The notes under the pieces were generated by a model. The model had not been told where the DNA came from and searched no databases. It saw only the letters and a program-made list of their open reading frames with translations. From positions 57,502 to 121,501 of the forward strand of contig CAMRSV010000002.1 in assembly GCA_947053455.1 (NCBI GenBank): 64,000 bases of DNA, written 5' to 3'. Position numbers and translations under genes: made by a program. Positions 1 through 8,475 of the stretch are shown here, piece after piece. The first letter of the stretch is position 1. Each line of letters starts with the position of its first letter. The stretch comes from an uncultured Alphaproteobacteria bacterium (GTDB lineage: Bacteria; Pseudomonadota; Alphaproteobacteria; Rs-D84).

Positions 1-84
1 ACCACAGGATGCGTAATGTCGGAAATTCCCGAAGAAAAACCGGCCACCCCACAAATGCCGGGTGGCATGCCGGGCATGATGTAA
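1..84 (+). CDS. groEL: Chaperonin GroEL, C-terminal end (partial)
   Basis: Frame 1 reads TTGCVMSEIPEEKPATPQMPGGMPGMM*, the typical GroEL TT..EIPEE..GGM tail. Confidence 0.9.
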   Translation, partial: TTGCVMSEIPEEKPATPQMPGGMPGMM

Positions 85-102
85 TATAAATGCCCTATAA
101 TT

Positions 103-130
103 TATACCGCCCCGGATTGGGGCGGTAATA
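103..130. terminator. Bidirectional intrinsic terminator
   Basis: TACCGCCCC-ggatt-GGGGCGGTA inverted repeat between convergent genes. Confidence 0.75.
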
Positions 131-382
131 TTATTCATTAAAATACGGTGGTAAATGCAATGAACGATGCGTTGCCGATATAAAACAAATCAATTGAAAT
201 GTACTGGGGGTATATCGACCGCTTATGAACCGTTGATATTCTGCGTCCGTCATACAAAGCGCGGTTTGCGCAATATGGTCGGGGATGTTTAATTCGTCTT
301 GGATTTGACGGACCTGTTGATATAGTTTTAGCGCAGGTTTTCTTTCCATGCCTAATTTCCCCCATATTTTGAAATCAAACAA
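131..382 (-). CDS. Small degenerate XRE/HTH-like protein (ATG start probably at 349)
   Basis: ORF MERKPALKLYQQVRQIQDELNI...AQTALCMTDAEYQRFISGRYTPS resembles an HTH_XRE pattern; GGGGAA RBS-like motif upstream. Confidence 0.5.
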   Translation of the reverse strand: MFDFKIWGKLGMERKPALKLYQQVRQIQDELNIPDHIAQTALCMTDAEYQRFISGRYTPSTFQLICFISATHRSLHLPPYFNE

Positions 383-589
383 AAAACCACTAGAAAACTT
401 TCAAGTGGTTGGAGGTTGAGAACTATAATTCTCGGAAAATAGTGCCACTTATTTATATATATCGTGACCCTCCAACCTGCTGGTTGGAGATGTTTTTTGT
501 CATCACTGACACCGAAAATTGAGATTCTCATATCTCAAATAGTATACTACTATCACTTGTAATTTTAACACACAGGAATCAAATTGCAA
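381..589 (-). ncRNA. c4/CI-like antisense-attenuator leader, copy 1, with its own promoter and terminator
   Basis: TTGCAA-16-TAAAAT promoter; hairpin with TGAGAA loop; downstream TTCTCA target; CTCCAACC/GGTTGGAGG/CCTCCAACC alternative pairings; AACCAC..GTGGTT-TTTT terminator. Confidence 0.55.
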
Positions 590-654
590 ACAATTTATTA
601 TCCATTGGATTGCCACGCCACCCGGCGCCCCACAATGACAAATAAAAATCATCA

Positions 655-852
655 AAAAACTTTCATGCAGTTGGAGGTTAAGAACTATAATACTCAATAG
701 TGCCTGTTATTCAACATATTCACAGGCCTCCAACCACAAATATGATTGGAAGATTGTTTCGCCATCTCATGCGTATACGAACAGGTTATGAAGCCTGGTG
801 ACAAAACTCTTGTCACTGTTGAATAACATATCACAATTTTATAAAAAATCAA
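655..852 (-). ncRNA. c4/CI-like leader, copy 2 (chimeric)
   Basis: 5' half nearly identical to copy 3 (CTTCATAA loop, CGTATACGCATGAGATGGCGA); 3' half similar to copy 1 (AGTTCTTAACCTCCAAC); TTGATT-16-TATGTT promoter. Confidence 0.5.
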
Positions 853-874
853 ATATAAAGAATTGAAAAATTAT

Positions 875-1057
875 TTAGGTTGGAGCTTCATAACAATCGT
901 ATAAATTGCATGACTTATTGGATATTCGTCATACTCCAACCCATATAAAGTTGGAGATGTATCGCCATCTCATGCGTATACGAACAGTTTATGAAGACTG
1001 GCAAAAGCAACACGCCTTTGCATTAAGTACTATATCCTAATTATTCAGAATTTGCAA
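875..1057 (-). ncRNA. c4/CI-like leader, copy 3
   Basis: TTGCAA-17-TATAGT promoter; CTTCATAA loop complementary to downstream TTATGAAG; CTCCAAC/GGTTGGAG/CTCCAACC triad. Confidence 0.55.
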
Positions 1058-1075
1058 TAAGTAAAAACCAAGGGC

Positions 1076-1106
1076 AAAAAATCCCCGCGACCGCGGGGAT
1101 TTTTTT
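1076..1106. terminator. Intrinsic terminator of rne
   Basis: AAAAAATCCCCGCG-ac-CGCGGGGATTTTTTT. Confidence 0.85.
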
Positions 1107-1113
1107 GTTTTAT

Positions 1114-2907
1114 TTAGCCGATTATTTTCTGCCATATGGTTTTCTTTTTCGGCTGTTTCTTGCGGCGGCGGCGCGGCGCATTCATTGTTGTTTTTTTCGC
1201 ATCCGCATGCTGCACATTTTTCTTTTTAACGTCGGTTGACGGTGCATGCGCGGTCAACAATTCTTCCGTTTTGTTCTGTTCCGGGGCAACACGCTGAATT
1301 GAATACTGGTCAATATTCATCAGGCTATCATCACCCACAATTACGATTTCGGTTTCGAACTTGGCCTCCATTTCTGCCAATTCCGCACGCTTGTGATTTA
1401 GCAGATACACCGCCACATCCGTCGGTACGGTCATGATGATTTTCTGCGCGGCCTTGGCCAACAATTTTTCCTGTAGATGACGGAACATTATTATTGCGGC
1501 GGTCTGAATACTGGGCACAACACCCGCCCCCATGCAGTACGGGCACTGAACATAAGACGATTCCATAAAACTACTGCGCAGTCTTTGGCGCGACAGCATC
1601 AAAACCCCAAAATTATTAATCTTGGCCACCTGGGTGCGTGCACGGTCGCGTTTCATAACCTCGCGCATTTTTAGTTCCAGTTTGCGATTGTTGCGTTCTT
1701 CCTCCATATCAATAAAGTCAATCGCGACAATACCCGCCAAATCGCGCAGGCGCAGTTGCAGGGCGATTTCCTCGGCTGCCTCCAAATTGGTGTTAAGCGC
1801 CGTTTGCTCAATATCCTTTTCCTTAATCGCGCGCGATGAATTAACGTCAATTGTAACCATCGCCTCGGTCTGATTTATAACCAATGAGCCGCCCGACGGC
1901 AACTGAACGTATGGACCGTGCAGACCCTCTAACTGCTTTTCAACGCCGGCCTTTACCATTAATGGAACGCCTGCATCCTTGTAATTCACCAATTGTTTGC
2001 GCGGGGCGCGGCCGTACATTTGCTGAAAATATTGTTTCGCGGCTTCAAACGCCTCTTCGCCCTGGATAATTAATACATCATCCTTGTCCGACAGGAAATC
2101 GCGCACAACGCGACGCAGAAGCGAATCTTCGGTATGAATAGTTACCGGCGCAACCGATTCCAATGTGGTCTTGCGAATTTCATTCCACAAATTGACCAAG
2201 TAATCATAGTCCGCCGCGATATCCGCCGCCGACGCGCCAAACGCCGCCGTGCGCAGGACAACCGTCATTCCCTTTGGAATTTTTAACCCGTGCAGAATTT
2301 CACGCAAACGCGCGCGTTCGGGTTTGTCCGAAATCTTTTTGGAAATACCGTAACTGTTACGCTTGCGGGAATTGGGCATCAATACCGCAAACCGTCCCGC
2401 CAATGACAGGTACGTCGTCATGGACGCACCCTTTTGACCGCGTTCTTCCTTCACGCCCTGAACCAGCAAGATTTGTTTCGGCTTAATAACATCCTGAATT
2501 TTGAATTCACGCGCGCGCTTGGCAAATTCCTTGTTGTCTTCGCCGGCACTCTGGTCATCATATTCGGCGACTTCGTCCCCTTCGTCATCGGGGTCATCAT
2601 CATCGTCAACGATGTTGGCATGCGCCAATTCCAGTAATTTTTTCTTTTGCTCGGCCGTTACCTGATAATATTCGGGGTTGATTTCCGAAAACGGTAAAAA
2701 TCCGTTCTTGCCCGAACCGTAATCAACAAACGCCGCCTGCAGCGATGGTTCAACACGAATTACTTTTGCAAGATAAATATTTCCCTTTATCTGGGGCTTG
2801 GTCGTGGTTTCAACATCAAAATCAGAAACACGATTTGTTGCGGTATCCACAACAACGACGCGTGTTTCCTCCGGGTGGACTGCATCCACATAAATTTTCT
2901 TTGACAT
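1114..2907 (-). CDS. rne: Ribonuclease E/G family, short form lacking a long C-terminal scaffold
   Basis: HPEETRVVV, GNIYLAKVIRVEPSLQAAFVDYG (S1), IDVNS, RLRDLAGIVAIDFIDM, CPYCMG Zn-link; start MSKKIY after AAAGGA. Confidence 0.95.
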   Translation of the reverse strand: MSKKIYVDAVHPEETRVVVVDTATNRVSDFDVETTTKPQIKGNIYLAKVIRVEPSLQAAFVDYGSGKNGFLPFSEINPEYYQVTAEQKKKLLELAHANIVDDDDDPDDEGDEVAEYDDQSAGEDNKEFAKRAREFKIQDVIKPKQILLVQGVKEERGQKGASMTTYLSLAGRFAVLMPNSRKRNSYGISKKISDKPERARLREILHGLKIPKGMTVVLRTAAFGASAADIAADYDYLVNLWNEIRKTTLESVAPVTIHTEDSLLRRVVRDFLSDKDDVLIIQGEEAFEAAKQYFQQMYGRAPRKQLVNYKDAGVPLMVKAGVEKQLEGLHGPYVQLPSGGSLVINQTEAMVTIDVNSSRAIKEKDIEQTALNTNLEAAEEIALQLRLRDLAGIVAIDFIDMEEERNNRKLELKMREVMKRDRARTQVAKINNFGVLMLSRQRLRSSFMESSYVQCPYCMGAGVVPSIQTAAIIMFRHLQEKLLAKAAQKIIMTVPTDVAVYLLNHKRAELAEMEAKFETEIVIVGDDSLMNIDQYSIQRVAPEQNKTEELLTAHAPSTDVKKKNVQHADAKKTTMNAPRRRRKKQPKKKTIWQKIIG

Positions 2908-3113
2908 TTTGTAATCCTTTGTTTTGTGATGCGTATGCAATGGAAACAACCCGTCCCCGTGGGGCGTCCAAGCCCATGCCAAGAGAAGGCGCAATGATGA
3001 TAAACAGCGCGTCGCGGATTATTGAAAAAAGTGATAGTATAAACACCTGTATTAACCCCATGTCATACGACAAGGTTAAGCATAGCACGCCCCACCACGC
3101 AAAGGCAAGGTAT

Positions 3114-4136
3114 TTATTTTCCGGTCTTTTTATTTTTGCGAACTGGGATTCGGGGAATTTTTTCCTTGGCCTCGTTAATCCAGCGACGCATCCGCGCCCG
3201 CAGCCAGTTTTCATATATAAAGAACAGCCCGCCAACCCCGATTAATGGCAACACGTAATATATTATGCGATACGCCAACAATGCACCAAAAACACTTGCC
3301 TTGTCAATGTCGGTCGGCAATGCAATTAGGAAAATACTCTCAAACACACCGATGCCGCCGGGAACCTGGCTGAAAACGCCGGTGGTCTGCGCAATTACAA
3401 ACAATCCGATAAATGTTCCAAACGGAATTGCCCAAAACGGCCGCAGGCAGAAATACAGCACCAAACCTGCCAAAACACTGTCCGTGATACCCAAAAGCAT
3501 TTGAATGATGGCCATTTGGGTTGTGGGAATCTCAAACCGAACAGTGCCGATTTTTACACTTTTACCATGAAAGAACACAGTCATTGCAAAATATGCCAAT
3601 ATTGCCGCTGCACATGCGATAAATAGCGTATTAATACCGACACTGGCGCCCATGGAATTTTCAAACACATGACGCGGCACCAGAAAATATCCCATAACAA
3701 CAATCGCCGAACATCCCAGAAAATAAGTAAAACCGGATATGGTCAACATTTTTAAAATATCGCCCCCCCGAATTCGCCAACGGGTGTAAAGGCGATATCT
3801 AATCGCGCCACCAGAGACAACAGCATGCCCGGCATTATTGCTGATTGCAAAGCCCAACATCCCGGCCAGCATCCATTTCCACCAAGAAACCTTTTGATTT
3901 TCACCAACATAATTCAATGCCAGATAATCATACAGCGCCAATGCAAAATATCCCGCCAAACACGCCAGACACGCCCCCGCCAGATTAATCAGCGGAATAT
4001 CAGTAATTGCATGCCAAATGTCAGCCAAACTGTATGAATGCAATTGCCACCATAGCATACCTGCCGCCAGAATAAAAAAGAAAATCCCCGAATAACTAAT
4101 AAGTTTTTTTAGAATCCGCTTTGTCTTTGCCGACAT
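3114..4136 (-). CDS. Lysylphosphatidylglycerol synthase TM / MprF flippase-like membrane protein
   Basis: YDYLAL, SGGAIRYRLY, PGGIGVFE, ALLAYRIIYY motifs; multiple TM helices. Confidence 0.85.
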   Translation of the reverse strand: MSAKTKRILKKLISYSGIFFFILAAGMLWWQLHSYSLADIWHAITDIPLINLAGACLACLAGYFALALYDYLALNYVGENQKVSWWKWMLAGMLGFAISNNAGHAVVSGGAIRYRLYTRWRIRGGDILKMLTISGFTYFLGCSAIVVMGYFLVPRHVFENSMGASVGINTLFIACAAAILAYFAMTVFFHGKSVKIGTVRFEIPTTQMAIIQMLLGITDSVLAGLVLYFCLRPFWAIPFGTFIGLFVIAQTTGVFSQVPGGIGVFESIFLIALPTDIDKASVFGALLAYRIIYYVLPLIGVGGLFFIYENWLRARMRRWINEAKEKIPRIPVRKNKKTGK

Positions 4137-4200
4137 ATAAATCCTTTTTAGCGTAGTCAAGGTTAGCAATAATATATTAAAATGCAAAGACAAAAAACAC

Positions 4201-4437
4201 TTTACAAATAAGGGCATTATAAATTATTATCTGCATGTCACGGAATTGTTTCGTGGCGGGGCCTGATAACCCCATTCTGTGCGTCCGAACAATTATTCGG
4301 CGGTATGCGCCATTTTTGCTCTGACGATAAACAAAAAGCTCCTGGCTCATGGTCAGGAGGGTTGCGAATATAAAAATAAGCACGCAATTCACAGAATTGT
4401 TATCAGCCTCCTGACCATCATTAATTGATGGTTTTTT
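4201..4437 (+). ncRNA. c4/CI-like antisense-attenuator leader, copy 4
   Basis: TTTACA..TATTAT promoter; GGGG-CCTGATAA-CCCC hairpin plus ATTCTGTG complementary to downstream TTATCAG and CACAGAAT; TGGTCAGGAGG/CCTCCTGACCA stem overlapping the CCATCA..TGATGG-T6 terminator. Confidence 0.6.
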
Positions 4438-4460
4438 GAGTGGTAAACTAGGGGGAAGAT

Positions 4461-5111
4461 GTGAAAAAAATATTGTTTTTTTGTATATATGCAATGAGCG
4501 CGCTGACTACAAACGGCCTTGTTGCGGCGGATTATACATCTAGTGGCACACGTGTACCAGATGATGACTATATTTATTTCAGCGACGGTTACATGTGTTC
4601 GGACACATCTATTAATTCTGTTTCAAATCCAAATTCATTCAAAATTCTTACCGATGGCCAAACACTATACGATTCACAAAAGCGCGAATTGCTGTTATGT
4701 TGTGAATTCTATGGATATTGGGTCAGCTATGGCAACGTTCAGTCCCTGCCGGCCATCCCAACATGCGGAACGAAATATAATTGGGTAAGCTTGGGCGCCA
4801 ATCGCTATTGCCAGGCGACAATGAAATCAACATATGACAGATGCGATAATTTGAATGGTTCCGGCGTTATTCCCAGTTCCAATGCCACGGGCGCATGCCA
4901 ATATTCCAACGGGACATGCACAACATTTACGCATTGTGGACGCGGATATTATAAAGACGGAAACACATGCATCCAATGTCCCGATGGTGGCACAACATCT
5001 GGGTATACAAACAACGGGATAACCGCATGTAAGCTGCAATCCGGCACCAATAGCGCGGATGCGACCGGAACCTTTCTTATCTCTGGCGGCAGTTGCCCCT
5101 ACTTAAGCTAA
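4461..5111 (+). CDS. Secreted cysteine-rich protein
   Basis: Signal peptide MKKILFF...; many Cys; CxxGYYKDGxxCxxCP motif like GCC2/GCC3/ephrin-receptor-like repeats. Confidence 0.7.
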   Translation: MKKILFFCIYAMSALTTNGLVAADYTSSGTRVPDDDYIYFSDGYMCSDTSINSVSNPNSFKILTDGQTLYDSQKRELLLCCEFYGYWVSYGNVQSLPAIPTCGTKYNWVSLGANRYCQATMKSTYDRCDNLNGSGVIPSSNATGACQYSNGTCTTFTHCGRGYYKDGNTCIQCPDGGTTSGYTNNGITACKLQSGTNSADATGTFLISGGSCPYLS

Positions 5112-5218
5112 ACCGAACTTTATTTATTGAAACATAAAAGTCTATATCCTTTTGACAAAACTACTTGACAAATCATATTTTTGGGATATTATGCCTAGTA
5201 CGTTAACAAGGTGTATTT

Positions 5219-5962
5219 ATGTTCAATAAATTAAGAATGAAAATGGCCGCGCGTCGTGTAAAGCGTCAAAATGAACGCCGTGCCAAGAAAAAGGCCCAAA
5301 ACAGCCAAATCGCAACGAAACATTGTGGCATTGGGGCATTGTGGATGCGTATCTGCAAAATCGATTTTATTGGTTTACTGAATCTGGCGTTGTTGTTGGT
5401 AATCATCGCGATTTTCTCTGTGCTGATTATTGATAATTTGAATTGCCACCGGCCGCGATTGATTGTGGCTGAAAAAAACACGCCGAATATGGAATACAAT
5501 ATTACTAATACCCGGAAACCACAAAAAACACCGGCGCCTACTATGCGCACGGTTAAACCGCGTTCACAGACAAAATCACTGCCGATACTTCGCGATGCCA
5601 CGACACGCATGTATACGACTGAACCTGTAAATATTGTTCCCGTAAAAAAGGACGCCGTTATTGAACAACAGACGGTACGAAACAATAAAAATATTTATGG
5701 CGACACAATTATTGATGGTCGCGGCACAGCGCATATTTTACGCACAGGCGATACGGTCAACGGTAACCTATATTTACAAAACATGCGTAAATATACACTG
5801 CCTTGCGGGGTTACGATTCGCGGCAATTTGTTTCTGCGTGACCTAAATTTGCTGCAGTTTTGCGGGGAATTCACAGTTACTGGGAATATTTATGTAAGTC
5901 CGCGTTCATCGTTCGGACCTCTGCCGCGAACCGCACACATTGGCGGCCATCTGATATTCTAA
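5219..5962 (+). CDS. Membrane-anchored hypothetical protein with C-terminal beta-solenoid-like repeats
   Basis: Basic N-terminus, one TM helix, repeats TVNGNLYL/TIRGNLFL/TVTGNIYV/HIGGHLIF; TTGACA-17-TATTAT promoter upstream. Confidence 0.65.
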   Translation: MFNKLRMKMAARRVKRQNERRAKKKAQNSQIATKHCGIGALWMRICKIDFIGLLNLALLLVIIAIFSVLIIDNLNCHRPRLIVAEKNTPNMEYNITNTRKPQKTPAPTMRTVKPRSQTKSLPILRDATTRMYTTEPVNIVPVKKDAVIEQQTVRNNKNIYGDTIIDGRGTAHILRTGDTVNGNLYLQNMRKYTLPCGVTIRGNLFLRDLNLLQFCGEFTVTGNIYVSPRSSFGPLPRTAHIGGHLIF

Positions 5963-6069
5963 TATTGCTTCTGTTAGGCTCAAAAGACCGTGCACATGTA
6001 CGGTCTTTTTTAATGGATTTGAAAAATTTGATATGTTATAATTCCCAATATCCAAACAAAGGGAAACAA

Positions 6070-6324
6070 ATGAAAACTTTTGATAAAATATTGAATGTAT
6101 TAACACGTAATATCGGATACACGATTGTACTGGTCGTGGCGATAATCCTGTTTGTATATTTTTCAAATGGCCTGATTGAAGGGGCAATTACTGCCCTGTC
6201 CGCATTAGTGGGTTATGCGTGCATATTGCAACTGCATCGCGATTATAAGCGTGCCAATGCACCACGTGCCGTACCGGCGAAAAAAGCAGCCACTAAAAAG
6301 ACCCCGGCAAAAAAGAAAAAATAA
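6070..6324 (+). CDS. Small membrane protein with Lys/Ala-rich tail
   Basis: AAGGGA RBS before MKTFDK; two TM helices; PAKKAATKKTPAKKKK. Confidence 0.65.
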   Translation: MKTFDKILNVLTRNIGYTIVLVVAIILFVYFSNGLIEGAITALSALVGYACILQLHRDYKRANAPRAVPAKKAATKKTPAKKKK

Positions 6325-6342
6325 TAACATTTGTAATAAACT

Positions 6343-6371
6343 AAAAATCCCCACATATTGCGGGGATTTTT
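6343..6371. terminator. Bidirectional terminator
   Basis: AAAAATCCCCAC..GCGGGGATTTTT between convergent genes. Confidence 0.7.
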
Positions 6372-6401
6372 ATTATCATTACGAAACAATTAATTAAATT
6401 T

Positions 6402-6731
6402 TTATTTTGTTTCCGTATTCGGAACCACAGGTTGCGCGGCATCTGCGTTTTCCTGCATAATTATTTCCTGGCGCAGCTCACTTTGATTACGGGACATATC
6501 GGACTTGGACGATACCAGCGCCAGCGCCGCGCACAATATAAAGAATATTGTCGCCAACCATGCCGTCGCCCGCGTTAAGAAATTACCAGCCGCCGCACCT
6601 GTCAAGGCACCCCCAAACATTGATGCCGCCGCCGAGCCGGACATGCCGGAGCCTTCGGACTTCTGTAATAAAATCAATCCAATCATAAAGATTGCAACAA
6701 TTACCAACAATACTAACAAAATTGAAAACAT
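6402..6731 (-). CDS. secG: Preprotein translocase subunit SecG
   Basis: ILLQKSEGSG...GNFLTRATAWLATIFF. Confidence 0.92.
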   Translation of the reverse strand: MFSILLVLLVIVAIFMIGLILLQKSEGSGMSGSAAASMFGGALTGAAAGNFLTRATAWLATIFFILCAALALVSSKSDMSRNQSELRQEIIMQENADAAQPVVPNTETK

Positions 6732-6762
6732 ATTTTTTCCTTATTTAAATTATGACTTGATT

Positions 6763-7410
6763 TTATATGTCACCATCTGAAATTGCAAGTTTTTTCAACA
6801 GTGCACCCGCGGCATTTATACTGGCTCCCTTTTTGGATGAACCGCGCCCCGTGGCCGATTTGTCCATGGCGGACACCCGGACTTCAAATACCGGACTGTG
6901 TGATGCGCCATGGGGCGCCATATATTCATATTCCGGTAATTTTCCGTTCCAGTTCTTTTGAACAAATTCTTGCAGTGCGCTTTTTGCATCCTTTGGGGCA
7001 ACCGCGTCCCGCGCCGCCAATGGCCGCCACAGGTCGGCGATAACTGTTGCCGCCGCCTCAAATCCGCCGTCTAGATAAATGGCACCAAACACGGCCTCCA
7101 TCGCGTTAGCCAAAATATGATTAATGCGCCCACCAGTAATATGCCCATGATGCAGATAATCGGGAACCCCCAATTTCCTTGCAACATCGGCCAACGTTAT
7201 CGTTGACACCAAAACGGAATGACGCCGCGCCAGGTCACCTTCAGGTTCGGTGGGAAACATATCAAACAGCATTCGCGCCACCGTTAACCCCAACACCCGG
7301 TCACCCAGAAATTCCAAACGTTCATTGTTATGCGCGGCGTCAGCTCCACTCTGCGTCATAGCCAATTCCAGCAACTGCGCATTTTTGAATGTGTAATTTA
7401 GTTTATCCAT
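6763..7410 (-). CDS. rnc: Ribonuclease III
   Basis: NERLEFLGDRVLGL signature; EAVFGAIYLDGG; C-terminal dsRBD (KSALQE, GSSKK). Confidence 0.96.
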   Translation of the reverse strand: MDKLNYTFKNAQLLELAMTQSGADAAHNNERLEFLGDRVLGLTVARMLFDMFPTEPEGDLARRHSVLVSTITLADVARKLGVPDYLHHGHITGGRINHILANAMEAVFGAIYLDGGFEAAATVIADLWRPLAARDAVAPKDAKSALQEFVQKNWNGKLPEYEYMAPHGASHSPVFEVRVSAMDKSATGRGSSKKGASINAAGALLKKLAISDGDI

Positions 7411-7527
7411 CTTTTATTTCTTTTTTTAATCGCATTAAATTATATTAGATGATTGGAAGTGTTTGGAAAATCCATAGTGCACAAATGATACATCAGGGAC
7501 ACCAAACACGACAAGCATCAATAGAAT

Positions 7528-8406
7528 TTAATGTACCCCCAGGCCTATGCGCGACCAACGTATCTTCTTGCCCCATGACCACACGGCCAACATTGGTGAA
7601 TAATAGTTGTGCGAATACCAAACGAACCACACCCGCCCCAGAACATTATCACGCGGTACAAAACCTATTTCGGCACGGCTATCGGCGCTGTTGTCGCGAT
7701 TATCACCCATGAAAAAGAAATGGTTTTCCGGCACAGTGTATACCGGCGTATCGTCAAAACGTGCATCGTCGGCGTATTCAATTATGCTGTGGGTAACGCC
7801 GTTCGGCAAAGTTTCGGTGTATTCAGTCACATTGAATACGCCGCACGCACCTTCATACATGCGACAGAACTTATCATCCTTGTATTCAATTGTATATCCG
7901 AAATCAGCCGGTTTATTGTCGACCCATATTTCATTTCCGCGCACAACCATGTTGTCACGATAATATCCAACGCTGCGAATAGATTTCGGCAATGTCGCAA
8001 CCACATATGGCCGCGGATTGTCACGCGGTACAATTTCACCATTTATATACAACCGACCGCCAATCATCTGAATGGTGTCGCCGGGCTTACCAATCAAACG
8101 TTTAACAAAATCCTGGGATTCGTTGACGGGATTACGGAAAACAATAACATCGCCGATTTTGGGTTCTGTTGCAAAAAAGCGTCCGTTCCACAATTTCCAC
8201 GAACCAAACGGGAAAGAATAACGTGAATAACCATATGACCACTTGGTGACAAAAATGTGATCGCCAACATTTAACGTCGGTATCATTGACCCAGACGGAA
8301 TATTAAACGGTTCCAACAGAAAGCTTCTGAAAATAATAGCGATAAGCACGCCGTAAAATATTGTGTTAAACCATTCGCGTGATGTATTTGTTTTTTTTGC
8401 TGGCAT
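7528..8406 (-). CDS. lepB: Signal peptidase I
   Basis: PFNIPSGSMIPTL, FVKRLIGKPGD, MGDNRDNSADSR. Confidence 0.96.
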   Translation of the reverse strand: MPAKKTNTSREWFNTIFYGVLIAIIFRSFLLEPFNIPSGSMIPTLNVGDHIFVTKWSYGYSRYSFPFGSWKLWNGRFFATEPKIGDVIVFRNPVNESQDFVKRLIGKPGDTIQMIGGRLYINGEIVPRDNPRPYVVATLPKSIRSVGYYRDNMVVRGNEIWVDNKPADFGYTIEYKDDKFCRMYEGACGVFNVTEYTETLPNGVTHSIIEYADDARFDDTPVYTVPENHFFFMGDNRDNSADSRAEIGFVPRDNVLGRVWFVWYSHNYYSPMLAVWSWGKKIRWSRIGLGVH

Positions 8407-8475
8407 TTTTATTCCTTTCTTTACGCGCTTATTTTAGAACTTGAATTGATTCAGCGCAAGTTTTAATATGCAATT

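Noticed and set aside
381-1057. CRISPR array
   Set aside because: Units are about 200 bp, divergent and internally palindromic, without constant repeat/spacer periodicity; no cas genes
2908-2994. N-terminal extension of rne (and similar extensions of grpE, cdsA, yraN, capsid)
   Set aside because: Family homology begins at downstream ATGs, several with clear RBSs
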